Source of the DNA: Pelagibacterales bacterium SAG-MED43
GTDB taxonomy: Bacteria > Pseudomonadota > Alphaproteobacteria > Pelagibacterales > Pelagibacteraceae
Assembly: GCA_014653535.1 (NCBI GenBank)
Contig: JACWEK010000001.1
Coordinates: 5,931 to 69,930, forward strand
Direction: 5' to 3'
Length of the DNA: 64,000 nt
A program made the position numbers and the translations under genes. A model generated the notes under the pieces. The model made no database searches, was not told where the DNA came from, and saw only the letters and a program-made list of their open reading frames with translations. Each line of letters opens with the position of its first letter. Positions within the stretch are counted from its first letter, which is position 1. This document shows, piece by piece, positions 31,977 through 42,482 of this stretch.

Positions 31977-32570
31977 TTAATCTTTTTGAATTCTTAAATC
32001 ATCTACCAGAATAATACTAGTTATTACATCTGCTACATCTAAAATTTCCTTAGCTTCATTTATAACCAAATTTTTTTCATCTAAAGTTAATGCTATGCCA
32101 TATATATAAATTTTTTTCTTATAAGTATCTATTTGATAATTAATTGCTTTGATATTTTTGTTAAATATCATCGCTGTTTTAAGTTGAGATGAAATTAAAA
32201 TATCCTTTGCAGATTGTTTAAAATTGAAATCTTCTTTTATTTTTATATCATTTCTAACAGATCTTACTCCGTTTGTTTCCCATGCTAATTTTGTAAGTTT
32301 AAGTTTTTCTTCAGGATTATCAACTTTTCCCGTTATAAAAATTCTTCCATCTAAAACCTTTGTTTTTACAGATAATAGGTATTTCTTATCCATCATTAGC
32401 ATTCTAGCTGATAAGTTTTTTTGCATAATTGAGTCATCCACCTGCGTACCAACTGATCTAGGGTCAAATGCAACACTTACACCTGTTCCAAAAATACCTT
32501 TTGAAGCAACTCCAGCACAACCTGTTAATATTAAACTTATAAATAAAAATATTAATAATTTATTTTTCAT
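31977..32570 (-). CDS. BON-domain lipoprotein (DolP/YraP-like)
   Basis: Lipobox LTGC, DPRSVGTQVDD, two BON-like repeats (GRIFITG, GVRSVRNDI). Confidence 0.88.
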   Translation of the reverse strand: MKNKLLIFLFISLILTGCAGVASKGIFGTGVSVAFDPRSVGTQVDDSIMQKNLSARMLMMDKKYLLSVKTKVLDGRIFITGKVDNPEEKLKLTKLAWETNGVRSVRNDIKIKEDFNFKQSAKDILISSQLKTAMIFNKNIKAINYQIDTYKKKIYIYGIALTLDEKNLVINEAKEILDVADVITSIILVDDLRIQKD

Positions 32571-33420
32571 TTTTTAATTTAAGACAATATTCATAAATTT
32601 TTTTTTTTGAAACATTTCTATTCTGGTTGATTATTTCTGTAATTTCTTTTGTACTTAATTTATTAATCATTGTTTTAATATTCTTTTTATCTGATTCACT
32701 TAATATTTGTGAAGTATTTTTATTAAATTGTTTTTCTGATAAAACGATTGTTAATTCACCTTTTGGTTCAGTCTTAAATAGTTTTAAATCCTCTAAATCA
32801 GATCTTATGTACTCCTCATAATATTTTGAAATTTCTCTGCAGATTAATATTTTTCTATCATTAAAATAACTCTTTAGATATGGAATGATTTTATTTATCT
32901 TTTTTGGAGAAACAAAAAAGACAAGACAAAAATTTAAACTAGATAACTTTTCCAATTCCTCTTTTATCATTTTTTCTTTTTCTGGAAAAAAACCATAAAA
33001 TATATATTTTTCTTTAAAACCACTTACAGATATAGCTGTTGTTACCGCTGATGGACCCGGTAAAGGAATAACATCAATACTTTGTTTTAAGCACTCATTA
33101 ATTAAGATTGCACCTGGATCTGATATACCTGGCGTTCCAGCATCTGAAATAATTGAAACGATTTTGTTGTCTTTCAATATATTAATAATCTTTGTTAAAT
33201 TTTTTATTTCATTAAATTTATGATTAGAGATTAGACTTGTTCTTATTTCAAATTTATCTAATAATTTTTTTGATACCCTTGTATCTTCGCAAAGTATAAA
33301 ATCTGAGTTTTCAAGTAATTCTATTGCTCTAAGAGTGATATCACCTAAATTTCCTATTGGGGTAGGTATCAAATATAACCCTTTTTTTAATTTACTTTTA
33401 TGCAATTTAGGGTTTACCAT
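32560..33420 (-). CDS. rsmI: 16S rRNA C1402 2'-O-methyltransferase
   Basis: LYLIPTPIGNLGDIT, CEDTR, SDAGTPGISDPG, PGPSA, REISK, KGE. Confidence 0.95.
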   Translation of the reverse strand: MVNPKLHKSKLKKGLYLIPTPIGNLGDITLRAIELLENSDFILCEDTRVSKKLLDKFEIRTSLISNHKFNEIKNLTKIINILKDNKIVSIISDAGTPGISDPGAILINECLKQSIDVIPLPGPSAVTTAISVSGFKEKYIFYGFFPEKEKMIKEELEKLSSLNFCLVFFVSPKKINKIIPYLKSYFNDRKILICREISKYYEEYIRSDLEDLKLFKTEPKGELTIVLSEKQFNKNTSQILSESDKKNIKTMINKLSTKEITEIINQNRNVSKKKIYEYCLKLKNEK

Positions 33421-33454
33421 AATTTAAACAGTATTAGATTAAAAATAACATTAA

Positions 33455-34609
33455 ATGAATAAAATTTTTACAATTCTTTATATATCTTTTTGTAGTTTAT
33501 TTTTGATTATAAGTTCAGCAACATCAGAGGATAATAAAGTTAAGATAGGTCTTCTCGTACCATTAACCGGAGATAATGCTAAGATTGGGAAACAAATTGT
33601 AAAGGCCACGCGTTTAGCTTTGAAAGATATCAGTTCTGAAAAATTACAATTGTTTCCAAAAGACACTCAATCAGATCCGAACAAAACTTTAAAATCTGCA
33701 AATGAACTCAAACAACTTGGGGTAAATTTAGTTATTGGCCCTGTTTTTTATAAAAACTTAATCTATCTAGATGAGGTTAAAGATTTAACATTTTTATCAT
33801 TTACAAATAAAACTCTTAATTTGCCAAAAAATGTAATCAGCACTGGGGTAAACTCAACATCACAATTAAATACAATAAAAGAATTTATCCATCAAAATGA
33901 AATAAAGAAAACTATATTTCTTACACCCAATCTAAATTATGATTTGGAAATAAAAAAAGGAATAAAGGAGTCTAAAATAAAAAGTTTTAAACAATATTTT
34001 TATGATACTGAACCAACAAAACTTACAAAACAAATTGAAGAAATTACTAACTATGAAATTCGTAAACAAAATTTAATTGACGAAATTACTAGATTAAGAA
34101 ATTCTGATGAACCAAATAAAGAAAAAAAAATAAAAATTCTTGAAAAAAAATACACTATTGGGAATGTAAATTTTGACTCAGTTATAATTGCAGATTTCGA
34201 TGAAAGCCTAAAGAGTGTAATCACTTCATTGCTTTACACAGATGTATCGCCAAAAGATAAATATTTTATAACTTTTAATCAATGGTTTGACGAAAGCTTA
34301 TTAGTCGAGTCTGCTTCACAACCAATTTATTATCCTTCTGTCAATAAAGCAAATTTGGAAAAATTTGAGAAAAAATTTTTTGAACAATTTAACGAAAAAC
34401 CTAATCATTTATCTTTGTTAAGCTATGATTTAGTTGGTTTAGTTTATTATCTTTCATTTACAAATAATATAATTGAAATTAACAAAGCTTTTAAGGCTAA
34501 AAGTTCTTTTAAAGGAAAAATAGGTATTTTTGAAATAGAAAATAACAAAATCAACCATAAATTAAATTTTTATAAAATTGAAAACGGCTCTCTTAAAGAA
34601 ATTTTTTAA
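33455..34609 (+). CDS. LpoA/LppC-like periplasmic binding-fold protein (putative PBP activator)
   Basis: Signal peptide, KIGLLVPLTG, VIGP, LSYDLV, FKGKIGIF; divergent from rsmI as in the yraL/yraM arrangement. Confidence 0.7.
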   Translation: MNKIFTILYISFCSLFLIISSATSEDNKVKIGLLVPLTGDNAKIGKQIVKATRLALKDISSEKLQLFPKDTQSDPNKTLKSANELKQLGVNLVIGPVFYKNLIYLDEVKDLTFLSFTNKTLNLPKNVISTGVNSTSQLNTIKEFIHQNEIKKTIFLTPNLNYDLEIKKGIKESKIKSFKQYFYDTEPTKLTKQIEEITNYEIRKQNLIDEITRLRNSDEPNKEKKIKILEKKYTIGNVNFDSVIIADFDESLKSVITSLLYTDVSPKDKYFITFNQWFDESLLVESASQPIYYPSVNKANLEKFEKKFFEQFNEKPNHLSLLSYDLVGLVYYLSFTNNIIEINKAFKAKSSFKGKIGIFEIENNKINHKLNFYKIENGSLKEIF

Positions 34610-35189
34610 TCTTTTTGAAGGCTCTAAATCGGTGATCTATTTTATATTTCAAGTTTGGTGAAATTTCTCCAAACGTAAATTTTTTTCCAGTTGGTATAAA
34701 TATGGGATCATAACCAAAACCATTTTTTCCCTTAGGTTCAAAAGAAATTGACCCTTCTACTTTACCTCTAACACAAACGATTTTTTTTTCTAAATAACTA
34801 ATTGATAGTGCACAAATAAATCTTGCTTTAATTTTTTTGTTTTTCCAATCTTTATCTTTTTTATTTAATTCTTTATAAACTCTTTTAATTGCTCTTTTGA
34901 AATTTAAATTTTTTCCACCCCATCTTGAAGAATGAATTCCTGGTGATTTATTTAGAATATCTATCTCCAAACCAGAGTCATCAGCAAGACATGGTAAGTT
35001 AGTTTTTTTTGAGAAATATATTGATTTTATAACTGAATTTTCTTCAAATGTTTTACCATTTTCTACGGGACTTTTAAGATTGAAGTTTGAAGTAGAGTAG
35101 ATCTTGATATGTTTCGGCAACAATGCTCTGATTTCTTTTAATTTTCCCTTATTATTAGTACCAATTAAAAGATTCGAAAATTTTTTCAT
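34593..35189 (-). CDS. rdgB: dITP/XTP pyrophosphatase (HAM1)
   Basis: GTNNKGK, ENS..K, ADDSGL, PGIHS, GFGYDPIF, DHR. Confidence 0.94.
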   Translation of the reverse strand: MKKFSNLLIGTNNKGKLKEIRALLPKHIKIYSTSNFNLKSPVENGKTFEENSVIKSIYFSKKTNLPCLADDSGLEIDILNKSPGIHSSRWGGKNLNFKRAIKRVYKELNKKDKDWKNKKIKARFICALSISYLEKKIVCVRGKVEGSISFEPKGKNGFGYDPIFIPTGKKFTFGEISPNLKYKIDHRFRAFKKIKKFL

Positions 35190-35231
35190 TTAAAGCTAGC
35201 AATTTATAAATTTCTTACCATATAAGCGTTT

Positions 35232-35858
35232 ATGGATAAAGAACAAGAAACTTTACAAAAAGGCAATACATCTAAAGACACTAAAGTGAAAACTGTTGAA
35301 GATGATCAAAATGATACTGTACAAACCTCTGATCAGAAAAAAGAGATTACATCTGAAGAGAAAATTAAAGAATTAGAAGAAAAGTTGACAAGAACTTTTG
35401 CAGAGATGGAAAATCAAAGAAGACGTTTTGAAAAAGAAAAGGAAGATGCATTCGAATATGGTGGATTTTCATTAGCGAAAGAAGCATTGAATTTAATCGA
35501 TAACTTGGAAAGATCTAAACAGGTTTTGAAGAATGATGATAAATTAAAAAATACAGATGCGTTGAATAAGACTCTGGAACATTTGGATATTATTAATAAG
35601 GATTTAATTTCAATATTCAGTAAAAATAATATTAAGACAATAGATTGTTTGAACAAAAAACTTGATCCAAACTTTCATCAAGCGATGATGGAAATTCAAG
35701 ATGATCAAAAAGAACCAGGAACTATTATACAAGAAATTCAAAAAGGCTTCACTATTAAAGATAGGTTGCTAAGACCTTCTTTAGTAGCCGTTTCTAAAAA
35801 GACTGAAAATGAAAATCAAGAATCCATTAAAAACCAAGAAAATAAGGAAAATAATTAA
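35232..35858 (+). CDS. grpE: Nucleotide exchange factor GrpE
   Basis: AEMENQRRR, DNLERS, DPNFHQAM, KGF..DRLLRPSLVAV. Confidence 0.96.
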   Translation: MDKEQETLQKGNTSKDTKVKTVEDDQNDTVQTSDQKKEITSEEKIKELEEKLTRTFAEMENQRRRFEKEKEDAFEYGGFSLAKEALNLIDNLERSKQVLKNDDKLKNTDALNKTLEHLDIINKDLISIFSKNNIKTIDCLNKKLDPNFHQAMMEIQDDQKEPGTIIQEIQKGFTIKDRLLRPSLVAVSKKTENENQESIKNQENKENN

Positions 35859-35870
35859 TGTTTATATTAA

Positions 35871-35898
35871 CTTGTAGAATTAAATTTAACACCTATAT
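35871..35898 (+). promoter_or_regulatory. RpoH (sigma32)-type heat-shock promoter of dnaK
   Basis: CTTG-N17-CCTATAT matches the alphaproteobacterial RpoH consensus; followed by an AAGGAG ribosome-binding site. Confidence 0.75.
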
Positions 35899-35921
35899 GA
35901 AGAAGGAGAGAATAAAATATT

Positions 35922-37859
35922 ATGAGTAAAATAATTGGAATTGACCTGGGAACTACAAATTCATGTGTCGCAATCATGGAAGGTACTCAACCAAAAGTAT
36001 TAGAGAATGCTGAGGGAGCAAGAACAACTCCGTCAGTAGTAGCCTTCACAGATGATAGTGAAAAACTGATTGGCCAGCCAGCCAAAAGACAGGCTGTAAC
36101 AAATCCAGAAAATACAATTTTTGCAGTAAAAAGATTAATCGGAAGAAACTTTGATGATCCAACAGTAAAAAAAGATATCGAAGCTGCACCATTCCAAATT
36201 GTTAACTCTGAAAAAGGTGATGCTTGGATTGAAGCAAAAGGGGAGAAATATTCTCCATCACAAATATCTGCTTTTATTCTTCAAAAAATGAAAGAGACAG
36301 CTGAAAAATATTTAGGTCAAGCTGTATCAAAAGCAGTAATAACTGTTCCAGCATATTTTAATGATGCTCAAAGACAAGCAACAAAAGATGCAGGTAAGAT
36401 AGCTGGACTAGAAGTTTTAAGAATTATAAATGAACCAACTGCAGCTTCATTGGCTTACGGGCTAGAAAAAAAACAAAATAAAAAAATAGCTGTGTATGAT
36501 TTAGGTGGAGGAACATTTGATGTTTCAATACTTGAACTTGGTGATGGCGTTTTTGAGGTAAAATCAACTAATGGGGATACCTTTTTAGGTGGTGAAGATT
36601 TTGATAATACTATTGTAGAATATTTAAGTTCTGAGTTTAAAAAAGATAATGGAATTGACTTAAAATCAGATAAATTAGCCTTACAAAGATTAAAAGAGGC
36701 AGCTGAAAAAGCTAAAATTGAATTATCTTCTGCTGAGCAAACTGATATTAATTTACCTTTTATTACTGCAGATAAAACAGGTCCTAAGCATATAAATATT
36801 AAAATGACTAGAGCTAAATTAGAGGCTTTAGTTGAAGACTTAATAGCAAGAACAATACCACCATGCAAAACAGCTTTGAAAGATGCGGGCATTACAGCAA
36901 ATGAGGTTGACGAGATTGTTATGGTTGGTGGAATGACCAGAATGCCAAAAGTGGTGGAAGAAGTTAAAAATTTTTTCGGTAAAGAACCTAACAAAAGTGT
37001 TAATCCTGATGAAGTAGTTGCAATGGGAGCAGCGATCCAAGCTGGTGTTTTACAAGGAGATGTAAAAGATGTTCTTCTTCTTGATGTTACTCCTCTATCA
37101 TTAGGTATTGAAACATTAGGTGGTGTATCAACAAAATTAATAGACAAAAATACAACAATACCAACAAAAAAAAGTCAAGTTTTCTCTACCGCAGAAGATA
37201 ATCAACCTGCAGTATCGATTCGAGTTCTACAAGGTGAGAGAGAGATGGCGACCGATAACAAAATATTAGGTAATTTTGAATTAGTAGGTATTGCTCCAGC
37301 TCCAAGAGGAATTCCTCAAATTGAAGTAACATTTGATATTGATGCAAATGGTATTGTAAATGTGTCTGCAAAAGACAAAGGAACTGGTAAAGAACAAAAG
37401 ATACAGATTCAAGCTTCAGGTGGTTTGAGTGATGAAGAAATTGAAAAGATGGTTAAAGATGCTGAGGCTAACAAAGATTCAGATAAAAAGAAAAGAGAAT
37501 CAGTTGATGTCAGAAATCAAGCAGATACTTTACTCCATTCAACAGAAAAAAATATTAAAGAACATGGATCTAAAGTTTCAGATGCTGAGAAAAAAGCTAT
37601 AGAAGATGCATCCACTTCGTTAAAAGAAGCTTTAAAAAGTGAAGATATTGATGACATTAAAAAGAAAACTGAGTCATTAGTTCAAGCTTCTATGAAGCTT
37701 GGAGAAGCTATTTATAAATCTCAGCAAACTGCTAAACCTGAATCTGATAAAGATGATGGTAAAGAAAATAAGGATAAAAAAGACGATAATGTTGTGGATG
37801 CTGATTTTGAAGAAGTTAAAGAAGAAAAAAAAGAAGGAAATCAGGAAAAAAGCGCTTAA
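35922..37859 (+). CDS. dnaK: Chaperone DnaK
   Basis: [42 protein letters not shown]. Confidence 0.99.
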   Translation: MSKIIGIDLGTTNSCVAIMEGTQPKVLENAEGARTTPSVVAFTDDSEKLIGQPAKRQAVTNPENTIFAVKRLIGRNFDDPTVKKDIEAAPFQIVNSEKGDAWIEAKGEKYSPSQISAFILQKMKETAEKYLGQAVSKAVITVPAYFNDAQRQATKDAGKIAGLEVLRIINEPTAASLAYGLEKKQNKKIAVYDLGGGTFDVSILELGDGVFEVKSTNGDTFLGGEDFDNTIVEYLSSEFKKDNGIDLKSDKLALQRLKEAAEKAKIELSSAEQTDINLPFITADKTGPKHINIKMTRAKLEALVEDLIARTIPPCKTALKDAGITANEVDEIVMVGGMTRMPKVVEEVKNFFGKEPNKSVNPDEVVAMGAAIQAGVLQGDVKDVLLLDVTPLSLGIETLGGVSTKLIDKNTTIPTKKSQVFSTAEDNQPAVSIRVLQGEREMATDNKILGNFELVGIAPAPRGIPQIEVTFDIDANGIVNVSAKDKGTGKEQKIQIQASGGLSDEEIEKMVKDAEANKDSDKKKRESVDVRNQADTLLHSTEKNIKEHGSKVSDAEKKAIEDASTSLKEALKSEDIDDIKKKTESLVQASMKLGEAIYKSQQTAKPESDKDDGKENKDKKDDNVVDADFEEVKEEKKEGNQEKSA

Positions 37860-37887
37860 CTAACATCTAATTGTCTGGGTTAAATAA

Positions 37888-39012
37888 ATGGCAAAAAGAG
37901 ATTATTACGATGTTCTTGGCATCAACAAAAGTGCTAGTCCAGAGGAAATTAAATCCGCTTATAGGAAACAAGCTGTAAAATATCATCCAGACAAGAATCC
38001 AGGAGATAAATCTGCTGAAAACAAGTTTAAAGAGGCAAGTGAGGCTTACGGCATACTCTCTGACAAAAGCAAGAAAGAAAACTATGATAATTTTGGGCAT
38101 GCTGCGTTTGAAAATAGTGGCGGTCAAGGAGGAGGTTTTGGGGGTTTTGGAGGTTCAGATTTTTCAGATATTTTTGAAGATTTTTTTGGAGATTTTGGTC
38201 GAGGAGGAAGAAGTAATAGAGGAAGTAAAAATAATAGAGGTTCAGATTTAAGATATGATTTATCTATAACCCTTGAAGAGGCTTATTCAGGTAAAAAACA
38301 AAATATACAGTTCTCTTCAGCTGATAAATGCAATACTTGTAAAGGTAATGGTTCAAAGCCTGGTTATTCAGCCGAAAGATGTACTTATTGTGGCGGAAAC
38401 GGAAAAGTTAGATCCAACCAAGGTTTTTTTACAGTTCAACAAACTTGTCCTCAATGTTCTGGTAGTGGAGAGGAAATCACAAATCCATGTAATGATTGTA
38501 GTGGGAGTGGTAATAAACAAACGTCTAAAAAAATATCTGTAACTATTCCAAAAGGTGTTGACGATGGGACTAGAATAAGATTGGCCGGAAAGGGTGAAGC
38601 TGGAAACAGAGGAGGAGCAAGTGGAGATTTATATTTATTCATAAATATAAAATCTCATGATCTTTTTAAAAGATCAGATGTGAATTTATTTTTTGAGTTC
38701 CCAATTTCTATAGCTGACGCTGCACTAGGAACGACAATAGAAATACCCACAATAGATGGTAAAAAAGCAAAAATAAAAATACCTGATGGAACTCAAGATG
38801 GTAAACAATTCAGATTAAAGGGCAAAGGAATGCCATTCATGCGAAGAGGAGATTTTGGAGATTTATATGTTCAAGTAAAAACAGAAGTACCTGTATTTTT
38901 AAATAAAGAGCAAAAAGATTTATTAGAAAGATTTAGAAAAATAGAAAACGAGAAATCTAATCCAAGTATAAGAAAATTCTTCGAAAAAGCTAAAAGCTTT
39001 TGGAAAAACTAA
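37888..39012 (+). CDS. dnaJ: Chaperone DnaJ
   Basis: J domain with HPD, G/F-rich region, four CxxCxGxG repeats. Confidence 0.98.
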   Translation: MAKRDYYDVLGINKSASPEEIKSAYRKQAVKYHPDKNPGDKSAENKFKEASEAYGILSDKSKKENYDNFGHAAFENSGGQGGGFGGFGGSDFSDIFEDFFGDFGRGGRSNRGSKNNRGSDLRYDLSITLEEAYSGKKQNIQFSSADKCNTCKGNGSKPGYSAERCTYCGGNGKVRSNQGFFTVQQTCPQCSGSGEEITNPCNDCSGSGNKQTSKKISVTIPKGVDDGTRIRLAGKGEAGNRGGASGDLYLFINIKSHDLFKRSDVNLFFEFPISIADAALGTTIEIPTIDGKKAKIKIPDGTQDGKQFRLKGKGMPFMRRGDFGDLYVQVKTEVPVFLNKEQKDLLERFRKIENEKSNPSIRKFFEKAKSFWKN

Positions 39013-39049
39013 GCTTTAATTACATCAAAAGATAGTTATAAATTTCTTA

Positions 39050-39826
39050 ATGAAAAAGATTAATTTAACTATAACAGGTTGTATAGGGCGTATGGGCAAA
39101 CAGCTTATACAAAATTCTAAGAAAGATAAAAAATTTAGACTTCATAGCCTAACAGAAGGAAAAATTATTTCAAAAAAAATTGATAATATTAAACCTCAGC
39201 TTAATACTGAAGATGCTTTTAGAAATACAGATGTAATAATAGATTTTACAATTCCTAAATGTACTCTTGAAGTTTTGAAAATAGCCTCAAAATTTAAAAA
39301 AAGAGTAGTTATTGGTACTACTGGTTTTACCAAAAAAGAAGATAGTCTAATTAAAAAATATTCAAAAAGAATCCCAATACTAAAGGCTGGTAATATGAGC
39401 CTAGGAATAAATCTTCTAATGTATCTAACTGAAATTGCCTCTAAGTCATTGGGCAAGAAATACTTAAGCAAAATTTATGAAGTTCATCATAAATATAAAA
39501 AAGATTATCCTTCTGGTACCGCTTTGATGCTAGGAAAAGGAATAGCTTTTGGTAAAAATAAAGATTTTTATAAATTAATTGGTAAAAAATATTTAAATAA
39601 AAAATCGTTTCCCTATGGAAATAAGATAAATTTCAACTCTATAAGAAAAAAAGAAATTATAGGTGAGCATGAGGTTTTATTTTCAAGTGGAAAAGAAAAA
39701 ATTAGACTAAATCATGAGGCCTTTGATAGAGCTTTATATTCCGAAGGTGCTCTTACAGCAGCAAAATGGTTAATGAATAAAAAAAAAGGATTTTATTCAA
39801 TGAGAGATGTGATGAATTTCAAATAA
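39050..39826 (+). CDS. dapB: 4-hydroxy-tetrahydrodipicolinate reductase
   Basis: GCIGRMG, IIDFT, VIGTTG, NMSLG, EVHHKYKKDYPSGTA. Confidence 0.95.
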   Translation: MKKINLTITGCIGRMGKQLIQNSKKDKKFRLHSLTEGKIISKKIDNIKPQLNTEDAFRNTDVIIDFTIPKCTLEVLKIASKFKKRVVIGTTGFTKKEDSLIKKYSKRIPILKAGNMSLGINLLMYLTEIASKSLGKKYLSKIYEVHHKYKKDYPSGTALMLGKGIAFGKNKDFYKLIGKKYLNKKSFPYGNKINFNSIRKKEIIGEHEVLFSSGKEKIRLNHEAFDRALYSEGALTAAKWLMNKKKGFYSMRDVMNFK

Positions 39827-40479
39827 TGAATGAAATTCGAAGAGCAAAAAAAGTATTAAAAATACTTAATAAAACTTATCCAAAAATTGATGTTCCATTA
39901 AAAAGTCGAAATGTATTTACTCTGCTTATTTCTGTCCTTCTTTCCGCACAATGCACTGATGTAAATGTAAATAATGTAACCAAAAATATTTATCCTAAAT
40001 ATTATAAACCTGAACATTTTATAAAATTAGGACAGAAAAAAATTGAAAAATTAATTAAGAAAATTGGTATTTTTAGAATTAAATCAAAAAGTATTTATAA
40101 TCTCTCAAAAATATTAGTTGAAAAATATCAAGGCAAAATTCCAAAGACGTATGAAGAACTTGAAGGTTTGCCTGGAGTTGGTCACAAAACAGCTAGTGTA
40201 GTTATGTCACAAGGTTTTGGTAATCCAGCATTTCCTGTTGATACTCATATTCATAGGTTGGCACAAAGATGGGGTTTAACTAATGGTAAAAATGTTGTTC
40301 AGACAGAACATGATTTAAAAAGATTATTCCCAAAAAAAAATTGGAATAAACTTCATCTACAAATAATTTATTATGGAAGAGAATACTGTAAAGCACGAGA
40401 CTGTTATGGATTAACTTGTAAAATTTGCACAGCTTGTTATCCTAAAAGAAAAAAACCTTTTATCGCTAAAAAACCATAA
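39826..40479 (+). CDS. nth: Endonuclease III
   Basis: LLSAQCTD, HhH LPGVGHKTA, VDTHIHR, Cys-rich C-terminus. Confidence 0.94.
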   Translation: MNEIRRAKKVLKILNKTYPKIDVPLKSRNVFTLLISVLLSAQCTDVNVNNVTKNIYPKYYKPEHFIKLGQKKIEKLIKKIGIFRIKSKSIYNLSKILVEKYQGKIPKTYEELEGLPGVGHKTASVVMSQGFGNPAFPVDTHIHRLAQRWGLTNGKNVVQTEHDLKRLFPKKNWNKLHLQIIYYGREYCKARDCYGLTCKICTACYPKRKKPFIAKKP

Positions 40480-41405
40480 TGAAAATTTTAGGAATTGGAA
40501 ATGCTATTGTAGATGTTCTTTGTAAAGTATCTGACGACTTCTTAACAAAAAACTCACTAAAAAAAAGTACAATGAAATTAGTTGATGAAAATGAATTTAA
40601 AAGATTATTATCTTCTTTAAAGATTGAAGAGACTATTTCAGGTGGCTCTGTTGCAAATTCGATTGTTGGTTTATCACAACTTGGAAATAAAGTTGGATTT
40701 TTAGGAAAAGTAAATAGTGACGATTTAGGTCAAAAATATGAAGATGGATTAAAAAAAGAAAATGTTCAGTATTTGTACAATAAAAAAAATGAATCTATAC
40801 CAACTGGATCTTGCTTAATCTTAATTACTCCAGACTCTGAAAGAACAATGTGTACATTTCTTGGAATAGCTGGGAAAATTAATGACAAAGATATCGAAAA
40901 AAATTATATCAAAAATTCTGATTTAATTTTTTTAGAAGGATACTTGTGGGATGAAGGAGAACCAAAAAAAGCTTTCGACAAAGCAATAACATTTTCAAAA
41001 AAAACAGTAATGTCCTTATCTGATTTATTTTGTGTTGAAAGACATAAACCTCATTTTTTGGATTTAGTTAAAAATAAACTAGATATAATATTTGCAAATG
41101 AACAAGAGATAACCTCGTTAATTAATGCACAATCTTTTGAAGAAGTAATATCTTTCTCTAAACAAATTAAAAAAAAAATTATCATCACACGAGGGGATAA
41201 GGGAGCTGTATCAATAAGTAATGGCAAGCTTGAAGAATGTAATGCAAAAAAAAATTTAAAAATAAAAGATTTAACCGGTGCAGGTGATCTTTTTGCTGCA
41301 GGCTATTTACACGGAATGATTAATGATTTATCTGAAAAAGAGTGTTTAATAAAAGGGACAGAATTATCAGAAAAGATTATTCAAAAAATTGGAGCTAGAA
41401 TTTAA
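40479..41405 (+). CDS. PfkB-family (adenosine/nucleoside) kinase
   Basis: GIGNAIVD, GGSVAN, ERTMCT, ANEQE, DLTGAGDLFAAG. Confidence 0.9.
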   Translation: MKILGIGNAIVDVLCKVSDDFLTKNSLKKSTMKLVDENEFKRLLSSLKIEETISGGSVANSIVGLSQLGNKVGFLGKVNSDDLGQKYEDGLKKENVQYLYNKKNESIPTGSCLILITPDSERTMCTFLGIAGKINDKDIEKNYIKNSDLIFLEGYLWDEGEPKKAFDKAITFSKKTVMSLSDLFCVERHKPHFLDLVKNKLDIIFANEQEITSLINAQSFEEVISFSKQIKKKIIITRGDKGAVSISNGKLEECNAKKNLKIKDLTGAGDLFAAGYLHGMINDLSEKECLIKGTELSEKIIQKIGARI

Positions 41406-41421
41406 TTTTTTTATAAATAGA

Positions 41422-41982
41422 TTAATCTATAAAATATCCATATTTATCATGATTAATAAAATTATTATCTTTAAAAATTTCTAAAATTTTCTTTCTTAAC
41501 CTATAAATATGAGTTTCGACTGTATGTGTTTCAAGATTAGATGAATACCCCCAAACGTTTTTTTGAAGATCTTTTAAATTAACTTTTTTTTTTGAACTAA
41601 TAAATAATATCAAATTACTCTCTTTTTCAGTTAGATCTAAACTTTTACTTTTTAGATAAATTTTTCTTGAGTTTAAATTTAATATGTATTTTCCGATTTT
41701 AATATTAGACTGATTTGAATACTGATTTTTTAAAAAATTTTGATTAATTATTTCTAACAAATTGGATATTTTTTTTGGAAAATTGCTAATTTTTAAACAA
41801 TCTTTAATCTCATCATTATTGTTAGTTGAAATTATGAGATAATTATTAAATTTTTTAAAATCTAATTTCTTATACTCTGTTTTATCAATATGATGTATTT
41901 CAAAACTTAAGTAATCTTTAATTTCTTTCAATATCTCAAATAATTTATAAGATTCGTATATAAATAATTTTTTAGAATTCAT
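41422..41982 (-). CDS. OmpR-type winged-helix regulator (CenR-like) with degenerate receiver domain
   Basis: LTEKE...VWGY..LETHTVETHIYRLRKK C-terminal domain; N-terminal part lacks the acidic pocket and the conserved Lys. Confidence 0.75.
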   Translation of the reverse strand: MNSKKLFIYESYKLFEILKEIKDYLSFEIHHIDKTEYKKLDFKKFNNYLIISTNNNDEIKDCLKISNFPKKISNLLEIINQNFLKNQYSNQSNIKIGKYILNLNSRKIYLKSKSLDLTEKESNLILFISSKKKVNLKDLQKNVWGYSSNLETHTVETHIYRLRKKILEIFKDNNFINHDKYGYFID

Positions 41983-41990
41983 ATTTAAAA

Positions 41991-42482
41991 ATGCACATTA
42001 TTATTAAAAATCAAAATACACTTTTATATGATAAATTTAAATTTAAATGTTCAGTTGGAAAAAAAGGAATTTCGTCCAATAAAAAAGAAGGAGATTTAAA
42101 AACACCTAGAGGAGTCTTTTCTTTAGGGGCATTATTCTATAGGAGAGATAAATTTACTACAGTATTTACTAAATTAAAAAAAATACCCATAAAAAAAAAT
42201 ATGGGATGGTGTAATGACTCAAAGAGCAAACTATACAACAAATTAATAAATACCAACTTAAAAGTAAGCCATGAAAAAATGTTTAGGGAAGATAGCAAAT
42301 ATGATTTGGTAGTCTCAATAAATTATAATACTAGGAATATAATTCAAAACAAAGGCAGTGCTATTTTTATCCACTTAACAAAAAATTATAAAAAAACACA
42401 GGGTTGTGTTGCGTTAAATAAAAAAGATCTTTTAATATTATTGAAACTTATTAACAAAAAAACAAGAATTAAAATTCTTTAA
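41991..42482 (+). CDS. L,D-transpeptidase (YkuD) family protein
   Basis: KEGDLKTPRG, GSAIFIH..TQGCVA catalytic His/Cys motif. Confidence 0.88.
   Translation: MHIIIKNQNTLLYDKFKFKCSVGKKGISSNKKEGDLKTPRGVFSLGALFYRRDKFTTVFTKLKKIPIKKNMGWCNDSKSKLYNKLINTNLKVSHEKMFREDSKYDLVVSINYNTRNIIQNKGSAIFIHLTKNYKKTQGCVALNKKDLLILLKLINKKTRIKIL

Noticed and set aside
36455-37147. 230-aa antisense ORF inside dnaK
   Set aside because: Long antisense frames are a familiar by-product of dnaK/hsp70 codon usage; no recognisable motifs
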